Program-made: the position numbers and the translations under genes | The notes under the pieces: model-generated | What the model was told of the DNA's origin: nothing | Database searches by the model: none | The model's input: only the letters and a program-made list of their open reading frames with translations | NCBI GenBank assembly: GCA_020639315.1 | Contig: JACKGM010000001.1 | Location: 310,767 to 374,766, forward strand | Length of the DNA stretch: 64,000 nt | Reading direction: 5' to 3' | DNA from: Candidatus Nomurabacteria bacterium | GTDB taxonomy: Bacteria > Patescibacteriota > Saccharimonadia > JAGOAT01 | In this document: one piece after another, positions 8,707 through 17,385 of the stretch | Position numbering within the stretch: the stretch's first letter is position 1 | Layout of the letters: the number at the start of each line of letters is the position of its first letter

Positions 8707-9946
8707 TAAACACAGTGCAATAATTATGGCTGGAGTAATTTCTTTAGTCACAATAACTCTTGTTGGTTATTGGATAGGTCAACCCAAAGGAATTTTAGAT
8801 ATCCAATCACTTGATTTAGGTGATGGGGTTTTAGGTTTGGTTAATTCAGATAGTCAGATTGAATGGCAATTTTATGATGAGTCTCGATTAATAGGGTTTA
8901 ATGGTAGAAGTTTTTTTATTTATAATTTCAATGATAAGACTTTTGATAAATTAGTAGTAGACCAATTTTTGCCAAAGATTAATAACTACTCACTCTCTCC
9001 TGATAAACAGTTTATAATATTTGAATCTAGTGGAGACCTACTTGGTAGCTTAATGTATAATATCTTGGATCAAAAATTTTTAAATAAGGCTGTGAATTAC
9101 CTCTGGACTCTAAATATTCAGACCGGTGAGTATCAGTTGATTGGAGACAATCGAGTAATCGACTGGGTCTGGTCTGATAACCATACAATCTACTACACCC
9201 TGGATCAAGGTAGCTCTATGAATATTATTTATAATCTAGATTTAGAGAGGGGTACCAGGGAAGAGCTAACAAGGGTGGCAAGAGTTCAAAGTTTGGGTAA
9301 GTTGAATAATAAACTTGTTATATATAGACTGTCAGTTGAGGGTCAGGCTGTTACCAGCTTGATAGAAGGTGGCCAAGAGACAATCCTATTTAAGGATAAA
9401 TACGTAGAATTCTCAAAGTATCCCAGTAGGTACTATCTCGAAGAAAAAAATAACAAGCAGTATCACTTGAATAGTTTGGGTCAGGATAAAGGGGTTCTAG
9501 ATACAGGTATTGTTATTGATAATCAGAATTTTTCATTTGTGGGCTTAGACTTGATTAGCTATGATCAAAAATCAAATAAACTTTTAGTATATCAGTTAGC
9601 GAATCATATCTTAGTCGAATACCCCCTGCAGGATAAAATATCAGACCCAGACAGTATATTTGTATTTGATGGTAGTGTACTTATATACACTGAGGATGAT
9701 AATTTATGGCATACAAACCTCGATTTACCAGTTGATAAATTTGAGCCCAAAGAGAGTATTGATAGACAGGGTTACCTGATAGAGTACTATCAAGACAAAC
9801 CAGATTTACAGTTTCTAACCAAAGATATTAGCGAAGTAATGGACGATTTTGATAACTTTTTATCTGATCAAGGAGTGAACCCACTACTTGTACCGATTAC
9901 TGGTTTGCTATCAGATAGTATTTATTACGATCAGTCAATTCTGTAA
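8696..9946 (+). CDS. Hypothetical membrane-anchored protein, possibly beta-propeller-like
   Basis: 416-aa ORF with a GTG start (alternative ATG at 8726). It has an N-terminal TM helix and a repetitive beta-rich sequence. Confidence 0.45.
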   Translation: MTINKHSAIIMAGVISLVTITLVGYWIGQPKGILDIQSLDLGDGVLGLVNSDSQIEWQFYDESRLIGFNGRSFFIYNFNDKTFDKLVVDQFLPKINNYSLSPDKQFIIFESSGDLLGSLMYNILDQKFLNKAVNYLWTLNIQTGEYQLIGDNRVIDWVWSDNHTIYYTLDQGSSMNIIYNLDLERGTREELTRVARVQSLGKLNNKLVIYRLSVEGQAVTSLIEGGQETILFKDKYVEFSKYPSRYYLEEKNNKQYHLNSLGQDKGVLDTGIVIDNQNFSFVGLDLISYDQKSNKLLVYQLANHILVEYPLQDKISDPDSIFVFDGSVLIYTEDDNLWHTNLDLPVDKFEPKESIDRQGYLIEYYQDKPDLQFLTKDISEVMDDFDNFLSDQGVNPLLVPITGLLSDSIYYDQSIL

Positions 9947-10215
9947 ATTAACTCGGAAAACTTCTGACCGGTCCGAATTTCAACTTCTTGAAGCACTTTT
10001 TTCTCAACTAAACGTAGCTCGTTAGCGATGATTGGGCTTGATACCTGGATAATCAGCTTTGACCTATTGGTCTTAATCTGCTTGATTCCAACCCCATCCG
10101 TAAAAGCCAGAATGATTTTACGGATATCTTGATATGGAACAAAGCCAGGTTGCCTAGGAGGAATAATTAAGCTAGCTGAAATATGTTTCATAGTCTTTAT
10201 CTTACCAAAGTTCAA
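9931..10215 (-). CDS. DUF721/DciA-like small protein
   Basis: The pattern KLIIQVSSPIIANELRLVEKKVLQEV is DUF721-like. The true start may be the internal Met at 10191. Confidence 0.4.
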   Translation of the reverse strand: MNFGKIKTMKHISASLIIPPRQPGFVPYQDIRKIILAFTDGVGIKQIKTNRSKLIIQVSSPIIANELRLVEKKVLQEVEIRTGQKFSELIYRID

Positions 10216-10300
10216 AGTTTATCAAAAATAACCCTTCATGCCTGGTCTCAAAAATCAAAAACTGTTTTTTCTTCTTGTTATCTGACGCATAAAAACTGTT

Positions 10301-10328
10301 TTGGTTAAGAGGTGATATCAGGTATAAT
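10301..10328 (+). promoter_or_regulatory. Putative promoter TTGGTT-N16-TATAAT for the giant gene
   Basis: Hexamers at 10301-10306 and 10323-10328. The in-frame ATG at 10339 lies 10 nt after the -10 box. Confidence 0.35.
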
Positions 10329-10338
10329 GATAAGCAGT

Positions 10339-13300
10339 ATGGAGGGAGTTAAAAAGTTTTTTAGTCTGGATAGGCTATTTGATAAATGGCATCTTGTTTT
10401 GCTAGTAAGCTTTAGCTTGGTGATTGCTTATTTTCTGGTAAGGTTTTTGGACAATCAAAATCCGGTAGTCTTGCAGGTTGGGAATCAGGAGCTGAGGGTG
10501 GAAGACCTTCGTCAAAAGTTAGAGCTAGGACTAGATTACGGTAATCAGCCAGAGGACACTGCAAATGCGATAATAGATATGGAGGCGATTAGGCAAGTCA
10601 ATGCTGGGCTTGGGATAATCCCAACAGAATCAGATATAGAACAATACCTTGGCAATTATACGGACAAGGCACTAGCAGAGAATATCGTACTTCAAAAAAA
10701 TCTTTACAAGTATGCTACCGAGAGTAGAATGCTCAAGCAATACTATGGAGAATATCAGGGTCAGGTCTTTATTTTCCCCTTTGATACCATGGATGGTAGT
10801 CTTGATCAAGAGCGGAAGGATTATGCCTACACAAAAGCTCAAGAGTATTTTACAGAGATTCAGACTGGGGAGAATCCAAATCAAGTACTAGCTGCAATAA
10901 AGGCAGATACCAGACTTCAGCCTGGCTCAGATTCGGATAATTCTAGTGCTAGCTTAGATATCGATTCTAGTGAAAACCTCGAAGATATTTATGGGATTAA
11001 CTACCCAGAGATATTAGATGAACTTTGGAGACTAGATAGTCCAGGTTTAAAAGATATTGTAATGATTAGCCAAGTTGATTCGGAATCTGGTGAGGAATAT
11101 TATAGTCAATATTTTTATTTTATTAATATTACAAATTTTAAAGCTCCGAGACTTGATATACAATCAGAGTATCAGCAGGCAATTGACAAGCTGTTAACTG
11201 AAAGCTATAATTTTGAACCGGATAAAATTAAGCAAATTGGATTTAGTGGTCTTAATAACATTGCTGGTAGACTAAAAGGGTCATTAATACCCAATGTTTA
11301 TGCAAGTGCCGCCAAGAATCATCAGGCAGGTCCTAGTATATTCAAGCAAATTACTAAATATAAGACTAAAAGATCTAAGATTCTCAAAACTTTTGGGGAT
11401 ATTAGTGGCCGAGTCCTGGATCCTGACGGTTATGCGGCACCGGGCTCAATAGTTAGACTCAAATATAAGAATGTCGAGAATCCAAACTGCTTGAAGTGTG
11501 ATAGCGCATTTGTAGATATTGGCAAAGCAGGCAGTACTAAAGGTAAAGGATTAGGTGATGAGTCTGCACCCAGGGTAGATTATCGTAAAGTAAATGCTGG
11601 GGTTCTCTATAACACCACTGAGATGCAAGGATATCATGATTATGTCGAATTAATTACCGATAGTAATGGATATTATTCCCTTAGCTCGATTGATTTATTG
11701 ATTGATTGCAATCGTCATATCACAGAGCATGGAGGGGGTATAGCAGTAGAGATTGCGGTTGAAGTAGTAAATCAATATAAGGACGAACTTACTCTTAACC
11801 AGCCAGTTCAAACGATGCAGGTAGGGGGATCTAGCAAATTGAGATTTACCCAAACAAACCAAAAAAAGTCTAATTTAGCATCAAAGCTCCTTAAGGGTTT
11901 AGAATTTAAATTGGGCAAGAGAGTAGAGGCTGCTGATAATAATCAGGTATTAGTATTTGGTGACTCGATTGCCAATGGCATAAGTAGTGTACTGGATGAA
12001 TATTTACCCGAAGGTTGGTCTATGACTGAAGACTCTGATGATTTACTCTCAAAAGATGGTAGGCATGCGTACAATACATCTGATAACCCTAGCCTTAGCG
12101 GGCTTGCTAATGCTGAGACTGTGGTAGCTAGTGACGCTGGCGAACAGGCAGATGTGGTAGTCATATCCTTAGGGGCGAATGATGTTCCAGCAGATGCTAG
12201 TGATCTGTCAGGTAGTAATGGTTATGCTAATGCCATGCAAGACATTATCAGCTTGTTTATCGACAAACAGATTATACTTGTGGGTTTGTATTATGAAGGT
12301 AGTAATTATAATAATACAGTCAATGCTTATTTAGAGGGCATAGCAGAGGCTAATGAAGGTATTAGCTATATTGATTGGGATAGTATGGTTAGCGAGGATA
12401 GTAGCCTAGGTCAAGGTAGGGATCCTCACCCCAGTCCTGCTGGTTATAAGCAGATTGCTCAAGCGATCGGAGATTATCTTAATAATACTACACCGACTGA
12501 AGCTGGCGCCGAAGAGATAGAAGCGATTGAAGTCTCTGGAGTCTCGGCGGAAGCTTTAAATGATATTCCCGAAACAATGCTTTGGAGATACAAAAAGTAT
12601 TCTGAAGAGTACTGTCCCGGTTTGGATTGGACTGTGATTGCTGGAATGTATAAAAAAGAAAGCAATCATGGACGTTACCCAAATAATACCGTGGCCGCTG
12701 ATGGCACAGTATCGAATCCTATCATTGGAGATGTTTTAACTAGGTCTGGGGAAAGGGCTATTGGGCCTGGACAGTTCTTGCCTTCTACTTGGTCTAGTGT
12801 TGGGTTTGATGCAGACGGGGATGGTGAAGTTAATGCCCAGGATGCGGATGACGCAATAGCCAGTAGTGTAAGATACATTTGCCCAGGTGTGGGTAAAAAC
12901 GATAATTACAAATCTGCAGTTGCGATTTATAATGGCTCAAGTTCTTATTATACAGGTGTCATGAACTGGTCTAGCAGATATAAGGGTACTTTAAGTGAGT
13001 CGTTATCAATCACATCAGCTGCAGATGCAGGTGGTTCTTCTGTCAATGAAGGGACTAGTTCTGCAGATGTTAAGTCTAATAATGATCATGTGGTCAAAGC
13101 ACCAGCAATAGCGACCCGCACAAGAACGACTCCAAGGGAAACACCCTCGGGCACTTCTTTTAATTCACGTAATTCAATCAATCCTGATCTAGGTGGTAAG
13201 CCTGAGGATAAGCCAGACCCAGACCCAAATCCTCCTGAGACTCCTGATATCGAGGGTAAACTTCCACCCCTCGAACGCCCCGTCATCTCGATCAAAAAAT

Positions 13301-16300
13301 ACGTCGGTCACAGCACTGATGATCTCAGTGATGCCCAAGACTCAGCTACAGCTGTCAAGTTCTATCCTGGTCAATCGATAGTCTATCAAGTAGTAATTAC
13401 TCATCAGTCTGGAGCAGATGCGACCAAAGTAGTCTGGTCTGACGAAAACCTTGATGGATTTGTCTCAGGTGGACTGATGGAACTAGGAGATTGGACTAGT
13501 GATACTCAAGTAGATGACATCTTCTCATTCCCTCTCAAACAAGGAGAAGAGATCACCTTCTTAAGAGAAGGCACAATCTCCCTAGATGCTGGTCTCTTCG
13601 GTCTAGACCAAGAATCAGTTCTTAACTCAACTGCTGCCCTTGAAAACATCGCCAGTGTCGATGAACTCAATGATGCTGATCCTGGGATTGCTAGTGGTGA
13701 TCCTGCTAATATCTTGCCGACGATAGCCGAAGTCAAGCTCGATAAGCTAGTCAGCAATATTAGTGACAATATCTTGGATCAGCCAGCCGATGACTTAGAA
13801 CATACTGTCTTTTTCGGTCCTGGAGAAGAAATCGAATACAAAATGGTCATCACCAACGAGGGTCCAGACGGAGCAGTCGGTCTGATTTGGGCTGATGATA
13901 GTCTGCCGACTTTTGCTACCTTTGAAGGCTGGAAGCTTGAGGATGGCTCAGATGCTCCCGAGATGCTATTTGACCCTTCAGTATCAGAAGATACACTAGA
14001 GTCAGGAGAATCAATTACCCTGATCAACCGTGGTCGGATCAATCCTGATGCTGGAGACTTCGGAGTCGGTACTAGCCTAGACCCCCGGGGTGGCTATGAG
14101 AATATAGCCTCAGTCGATCCTCTGACCCACGATAGCAACCTAGAAAACAATACCAACCCAGCCTGGATCTCCCCCAAGCTAGTCGACCTCACCATCAAAA
14201 AACAAGTCTCCAACCTCACCGAAACCCCATTCCTCTCCCCAGGCACAAGTCCCTACTACCTCAGTGATGGTCCTATCTACTATGATGCAGATAGTATAGA
14301 CAATGCAGTCTCCTTCGGTCCTAGTGAAGAGATAGAGTACCGTATAGAGATAATAAACAACGGTCCAGACGAAGCCACCTCTATCAGCTTCACTGATCCT
14401 GATCTCCCAGATGAGCTAGTAGACTGGGAGTCAGACGGCTGGATCAACGCTGAGACTGGTGAAACCGTATCCTCAGGAGATACCATCTTCCCAATCCCAG
14501 CCGAAGGAGCTCCGACTGAATTCCTCTGGCCTGAAGAGTCCAAGACGATTGATCCTGAGACCAAAGCAGAAACCACAGTCAACAATATCACTGAAGGTAA
14601 GAGAGTCAGAATAGTCCTAACCAAGAAAGGTAGAATCAAGAACGACCTAGCTAATACCGATTGGTTCCAGTCTAATACTGCTCACCAAAACACTGCAGAA
14701 GTCTCTACTATCAATCCAGAAACCAACTATGACAACAATACCAACGATGCCTACATCGACCCCAAGGTCACAGACATCATCATCGGTAAAGTCGGTCAGA
14801 CTGGTAATGACACTGGTCTAGCAGGTAAAGAACTAACTTGGACGATTAGAGTAGTCAACAATGGTAAAGACTCAGCTATCTCTCTCGTAGACAATGGAGG
14901 AATCAAGCTAACCGACTACCTCAACCTCAAAGACACCTACAATGAAACAGTTACCTATCAATGTGTCCCTGCCTATGCCTGCAGTGTCCCAACCGGAGAA
15001 ATCAACTCCACTGACAATCCCGAAGGTATCCTAGACCTAGAACTCTACCTCGGCCCTGGCTTTGGAGACATGGAGCAAGTAGACTTCATCGATATCCTCT
15101 CAGATGAGGAGCTGTCAGCCAACCAAACCGACACTACCAACAACAACACCACCACCAACAACAACACTAACACCACTAACACCAATAACACCAACACCAC
15201 CACCAACACTAACACTACCAACAACACTACCAACAACACTGACACCACCCAAACCACCAATACTGATCTAACCACCCTCCCCGTCTGTGAGACTGGTAGA
15301 TTCATCGGTATTAACAAGGCTACTGACACTACTACAGGCTTCAACCCCGATATCAACGAGGATGGCAATGGAGACCTCTATGTTCTCTTCAATACCAATT
15401 GCTTTAGCTCCTACCCTGACCTCAGCCACTTCGAGCTAACAGACCTCTCCCTTAGCAGTGATGAAGTAGTCAACTACCTCACCCAGTATCAAGGTGGTAA
15501 AATTGCTTACTATCAAACCCCTACTCACCTAAACACCACCAATCAAGTAGACATCCAAATCACCGCTAGACTAGCTGACCATGTCACCTATGGTGATGAT
15601 GTCACTACTCAAGCAGTAGATGAGATCTGTAATCCTAGTGACAAGAACAACCCTGATCAAAAAGTCCATGTCGAAAAGACCGAAACCGTAGCCTGGGAAT
15701 TGTCACTAGACAATAACACCGCTCCCCTAAGATGTATCCCAGTAATGCTCTGTTACAACGAAGATGGTCAAGCCTTAGCTAGCTATCCCGGTAAAGAAGG
15801 AGAAGACTTCTATCTCTCATTCGTCGGAGTAGACAATGAAGGTAACAAACTCTATGATCAATCTCTAGATGAACTAATCGCTAGAGATGACTTAGCAGGA
15901 CTAGATGTGATCTGTCGTAAGCCTACTACCTGTGAGCTTAAAGTAACGCGGACGATAGTACTAGCCAATGGTACAGAAGAAACCACTGATGTCGAAGTCA
16001 CCGAACTATTTGATGGCTCAGCTGCTGGTGCTGATACCACTGACCTCGGATACTACAACTTTAGCCTAGAGTGTCAAAACCTCGAAGACGGACAATCCCC
16101 CAACCTCACGATTGAAGTCATCCGCCGTCTCTTCGGTCCCTACTTCGCGATCGAAGATGGTTCAGCCACAGTGCTCGGAGAAATAGTCAAAGGTGTCTAT
16201 CCTGAAGACAATGACCTAGACATCACTCGTCATACCCACATCCTGACCGCTACCAATGAAATCTCTTCAATCTTCTGCTCACTAACCGAGATCATGGCAG

Positions 16301-17109
16301 CCGGAGAGAGTGTAGACTGTACTAGTCCTAGTGACCTAGCTGGAGCCGGATACCCAATCCGTCTAGACGGAGGTAGCAAGGACAACTTTGTCAATGTACT
16401 TGACTCAATAGAGAGTCTAATCGCAGAACCAGACTCCTCCCCCTATGAAGTAGTTACTATTAACAACCTAAACCAAATCCCCCTTGACCTCAGTGATGGT
16501 AAGAGCCCAGACTTCGAACCTGATCCCAACTCCACCACTACCCCAGTCCCTTACCCCACCCTCTATGTCTATGATGGAGATCTAGAGATCTCAGCTAGTC
16601 AAGCTATGCACTACAATGCAGGTCTAGCTACTATCTACGTCAGGGGTAATGTCTACATCAATGGAGACATCATCAGAGATGACAATACAGTGATAGAAGA
16701 CATAGATGAGTATCCCAACCTAGGTATTATCTCTACTGGCAATATCTACATCAGACCAGACACCTCCAAATCAGTAGAGACTCCCCAAGTAATTGACGCC
16801 AGTCTCTTCGCCCAAGGTATGATCGAAACAGCCTACCGTCAAACCACTCAAACCCCAATCCCCGAATACTATACCAACCAACCCCTAATCTTCCATGGTA
16901 CAGTAGCCTCCAAGGGAGATGAGAGTGTCCCAGGAGTCAAAGACCCAATCACCAATCAAGTCTATGCCTTCAAACTAAACAGGACCAATGTCTCAGTCAC
17001 CCTAGGACAAGACTGTAACAATACTCAAGTCTCTGAATGCTTTGCACCAGACAACTCAATCTTTATTGCTACTCCTCCGGGGTTTGAGGATCGGCTTAGC
17101 TCGGAGTGA
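10339..17109 (+). CDS. Giant surface protein (about 2250 aa): N-terminal TM anchor, SGNH/GDSL hydrolase, lytic transglycosylase, four DUF11-type repeats, an Asn/Thr tract and a large C-terminal region
   Basis: One uninterrupted ORF; the ORF track starts it at GTG 10312. SGNH blocks are VLVFGDSIANG, ISLGANDV and DPHPSPAGY (about 11940-12480). Transglycosylase motifs are YKKESNHG, IGPGQFLPSTW, DADGDGEVNAQDADDAI and AIYNGSS (about 12580-12960). Repeats end in ENIASVD or NTAEV...DNNTND. Confidence 0.8.
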   Translation: MEGVKKFFSLDRLFDKWHLVLLVSFSLVIAYFLVRFLDNQNPVVLQVGNQELRVEDLRQKLELGLDYGNQPEDTANAIIDMEAIRQVNAGLGIIPTESDIEQYLGNYTDKALAENIVLQKNLYKYATESRMLKQYYGEYQGQVFIFPFDTMDGSLDQERKDYAYTKAQEYFTEIQTGENPNQVLAAIKADTRLQPGSDSDNSSASLDIDSSENLEDIYGINYPEILDELWRLDSPGLKDIVMISQVDSESGEEYYSQYFYFINITNFKAPRLDIQSEYQQAIDKLLTESYNFEPDKIKQIGFSGLNNIAGRLKGSLIPNVYASAAKNHQAGPSIFKQITKYKTKRSKILKTFGDISGRVLDPDGYAAPGSIVRLKYKNVENPNCLKCDSAFVDIGKAGSTKGKGLGDESAPRVDYRKVNAGVLYNTTEMQGYHDYVELITDSNGYYSLSSIDLLIDCNRHITEHGGGIAVEIAVEVVNQYKDELTLNQPVQTMQVGGSSKLRFTQTNQKKSNLASKLLKGLEFKLGKRVEAADNNQVLVFGDSIANGISSVLDEYLPEGWSMTEDSDDLLSKDGRHAYNTSDNPSLSGLANAETVVASDAGEQADVVVISLGANDVPADASDLSGSNGYANAMQDIISLFIDKQIILVGLYYEGSNYNNTVNAYLEGIAEANEGISYIDWDSMVSEDSSLGQGRDPHPSPAGYKQIAQAIGDYLNNTTPTEAGAEEIEAIEVSGVSAEALNDIPETMLWRYKKYSEEYCPGLDWTVIAGMYKKESNHGRYPNNTVAADGTVSNPIIGDVLTRSGERAIGPGQFLPSTWSSVGFDADGDGEVNAQDADDAIASSVRYICPGVGKNDNYKSAVAIYNGSSSYYTGVMNWSSRYKGTLSESLSITSAADAGGSSVNEGTSSADVKSNNDHVVKAPAIATRTRTTPRETPSGTSFNSRNSINPDLGGKPEDKPDPDPNPPETPDIEGKLPPLERPVISIKKYVGHSTDDLSDAQDSATAVKFYPGQSIVYQVVITHQSGADATKVVWSDENLDGFVSGGLMELGDWTSDTQVDDIFSFPLKQGEEITFLREGTISLDAGLFGLDQESVLNSTAALENIASVDELNDADPGIASGDPANILPTIAEVKLDKLVSNISDNILDQPADDLEHTVFFGPGEEIEYKMVITNEGPDGAVGLIWADDSLPTFATFEGWKLEDGSDAPEMLFDPSVSEDTLESGESITLINRGRINPDAGDFGVGTSLDPRGGYENIASVDPLTHDSNLENNTNPAWISPKLVDLTIKKQVSNLTETPFLSPGTSPYYLSDGPIYYDADSIDNAVSFGPSEEIEYRIEIINNGPDEATSISFTDPDLPDELVDWESDGWINAETGETVSSGDTIFPIPAEGAPTEFLWPEESKTIDPETKAETTVNNITEGKRVRIVLTKKGRIKNDLANTDWFQSNTAHQNTAEVSTINPETNYDNNTNDAYIDPKVTDIIIGKVGQTGNDTGLAGKELTWTIRVVNNGKDSAISLVDNGGIKLTDYLNLKDTYNETVTYQCVPAYACSVPTGEINSTDNPEGILDLELYLGPGFGDMEQVDFIDILSDEELSANQTDTTNNNTTTNNNTNTTNTNNTNTTTNTNTTNNTTNNTDTTQTTNTDLTTLPVCETGRFIGINKATDTTTGFNPDINEDGNGDLYVLFNTNCFSSYPDLSHFELTDLSLSSDEVVNYLTQYQGGKIAYYQTPTHLNTTNQVDIQITARLADHVTYGDDVTTQAVDEICNPSDKNNPDQKVHVEKTETVAWELSLDNNTAPLRCIPVMLCYNEDGQALASYPGKEGEDFYLSFVGVDNEGNKLYDQSLDELIARDDLAGLDVICRKPTTCELKVTRTIVLANGTEETTDVEVTELFDGSAAGADTTDLGYYNFSLECQNLEDGQSPNLTIEVIRRLFGPYFAIEDGSATVLGEIVKGVYPEDNDLDITRHTHILTATNEISSIFCSLTEIMAAGESVDCTSPSDLAGAGYPIRLDGGSKDNFVNVLDSIESLIAEPDSSPYEVVTINNLNQIPLDLSDGKSPDFEPDPNSTTTPVPYPTLYVYDGDLEISASQAMHYNAGLATIYVRGNVYINGDIIRDDNTVIEDIDEYPNLGIISTGNIYIRPDTSKSVETPQVIDASLFAQGMIETAYRQTTQTPIPEYYTNQPLIFHGTVASKGDESVPGVKDPITNQVYAFKLNRTNVSVTLGQDCNNTQVSECFAPDNSIFIATPPGFEDRLSSE
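15121..15270 (+). repeat. Low-complexity ACC/AAC/ACT codon tract encoding an Asn/Thr-only linker inside the giant CDS
   Basis: It translates to TDTTNNNTTTNNNTNTTNTNNTNTTTNTNTTNNTTNNTDTTQTTNTD. Confidence 0.9.
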
Positions 17110-17140
17110 TTTTCTGGAATCAGGCTAATGAGGGGGGTAT

Positions 17141-17310
17141 TGTCATCCTCCAGTTAAATACTGGATCTCCGGTATTACCCTCCGGGTAATCCGAAGATGA
17201 CAGGAGGAGGGCATTGTCATCCTCCGAAGTTCGGAGAACTTACGGGGGATCCAGTATCTTGCATCGTGCATTGTCATCCTCCGAATTCTCCTTGTCCTGT
17301 CATTCTCCAA
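17141..17310. repeat. REP/BIME-like hairpin repeat cluster A
   Basis: There is a full forward unit at 17216-17257 (GTCATCCTCCGAA-hairpin-TTACGGGGGATCCAGTAT) and a reverse subtype-2 unit at 17158-17202. Half units GTCATCCTCC are also present. Confidence 0.8.
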
Positions 17311-17385
17311 AATCCCCTATTCCCCTTGCCAAGACTATGGCGGTTGTGGTTAAATGAAATAGTAGGAATTTGAAAACAAATAAAA

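Noticed and set aside
487-9946. Interpreting the T4SS-like cluster as an integrated conjugative element or prophage
   Set aside because: No integrase, relaxase, coupling protein, replication or capsid genes are present. There are no flanking direct repeats and no compositional shift in the window. It cannot be fully excluded without the upstream sequence.
13506-15368. Several 87-119 aa minus-strand ORFs inside the giant gene
   Set aside because: They are antisense products of a Ser/Thr/Asp-rich repetitive coding region and give low-complexity translations. They have no independent start signals.
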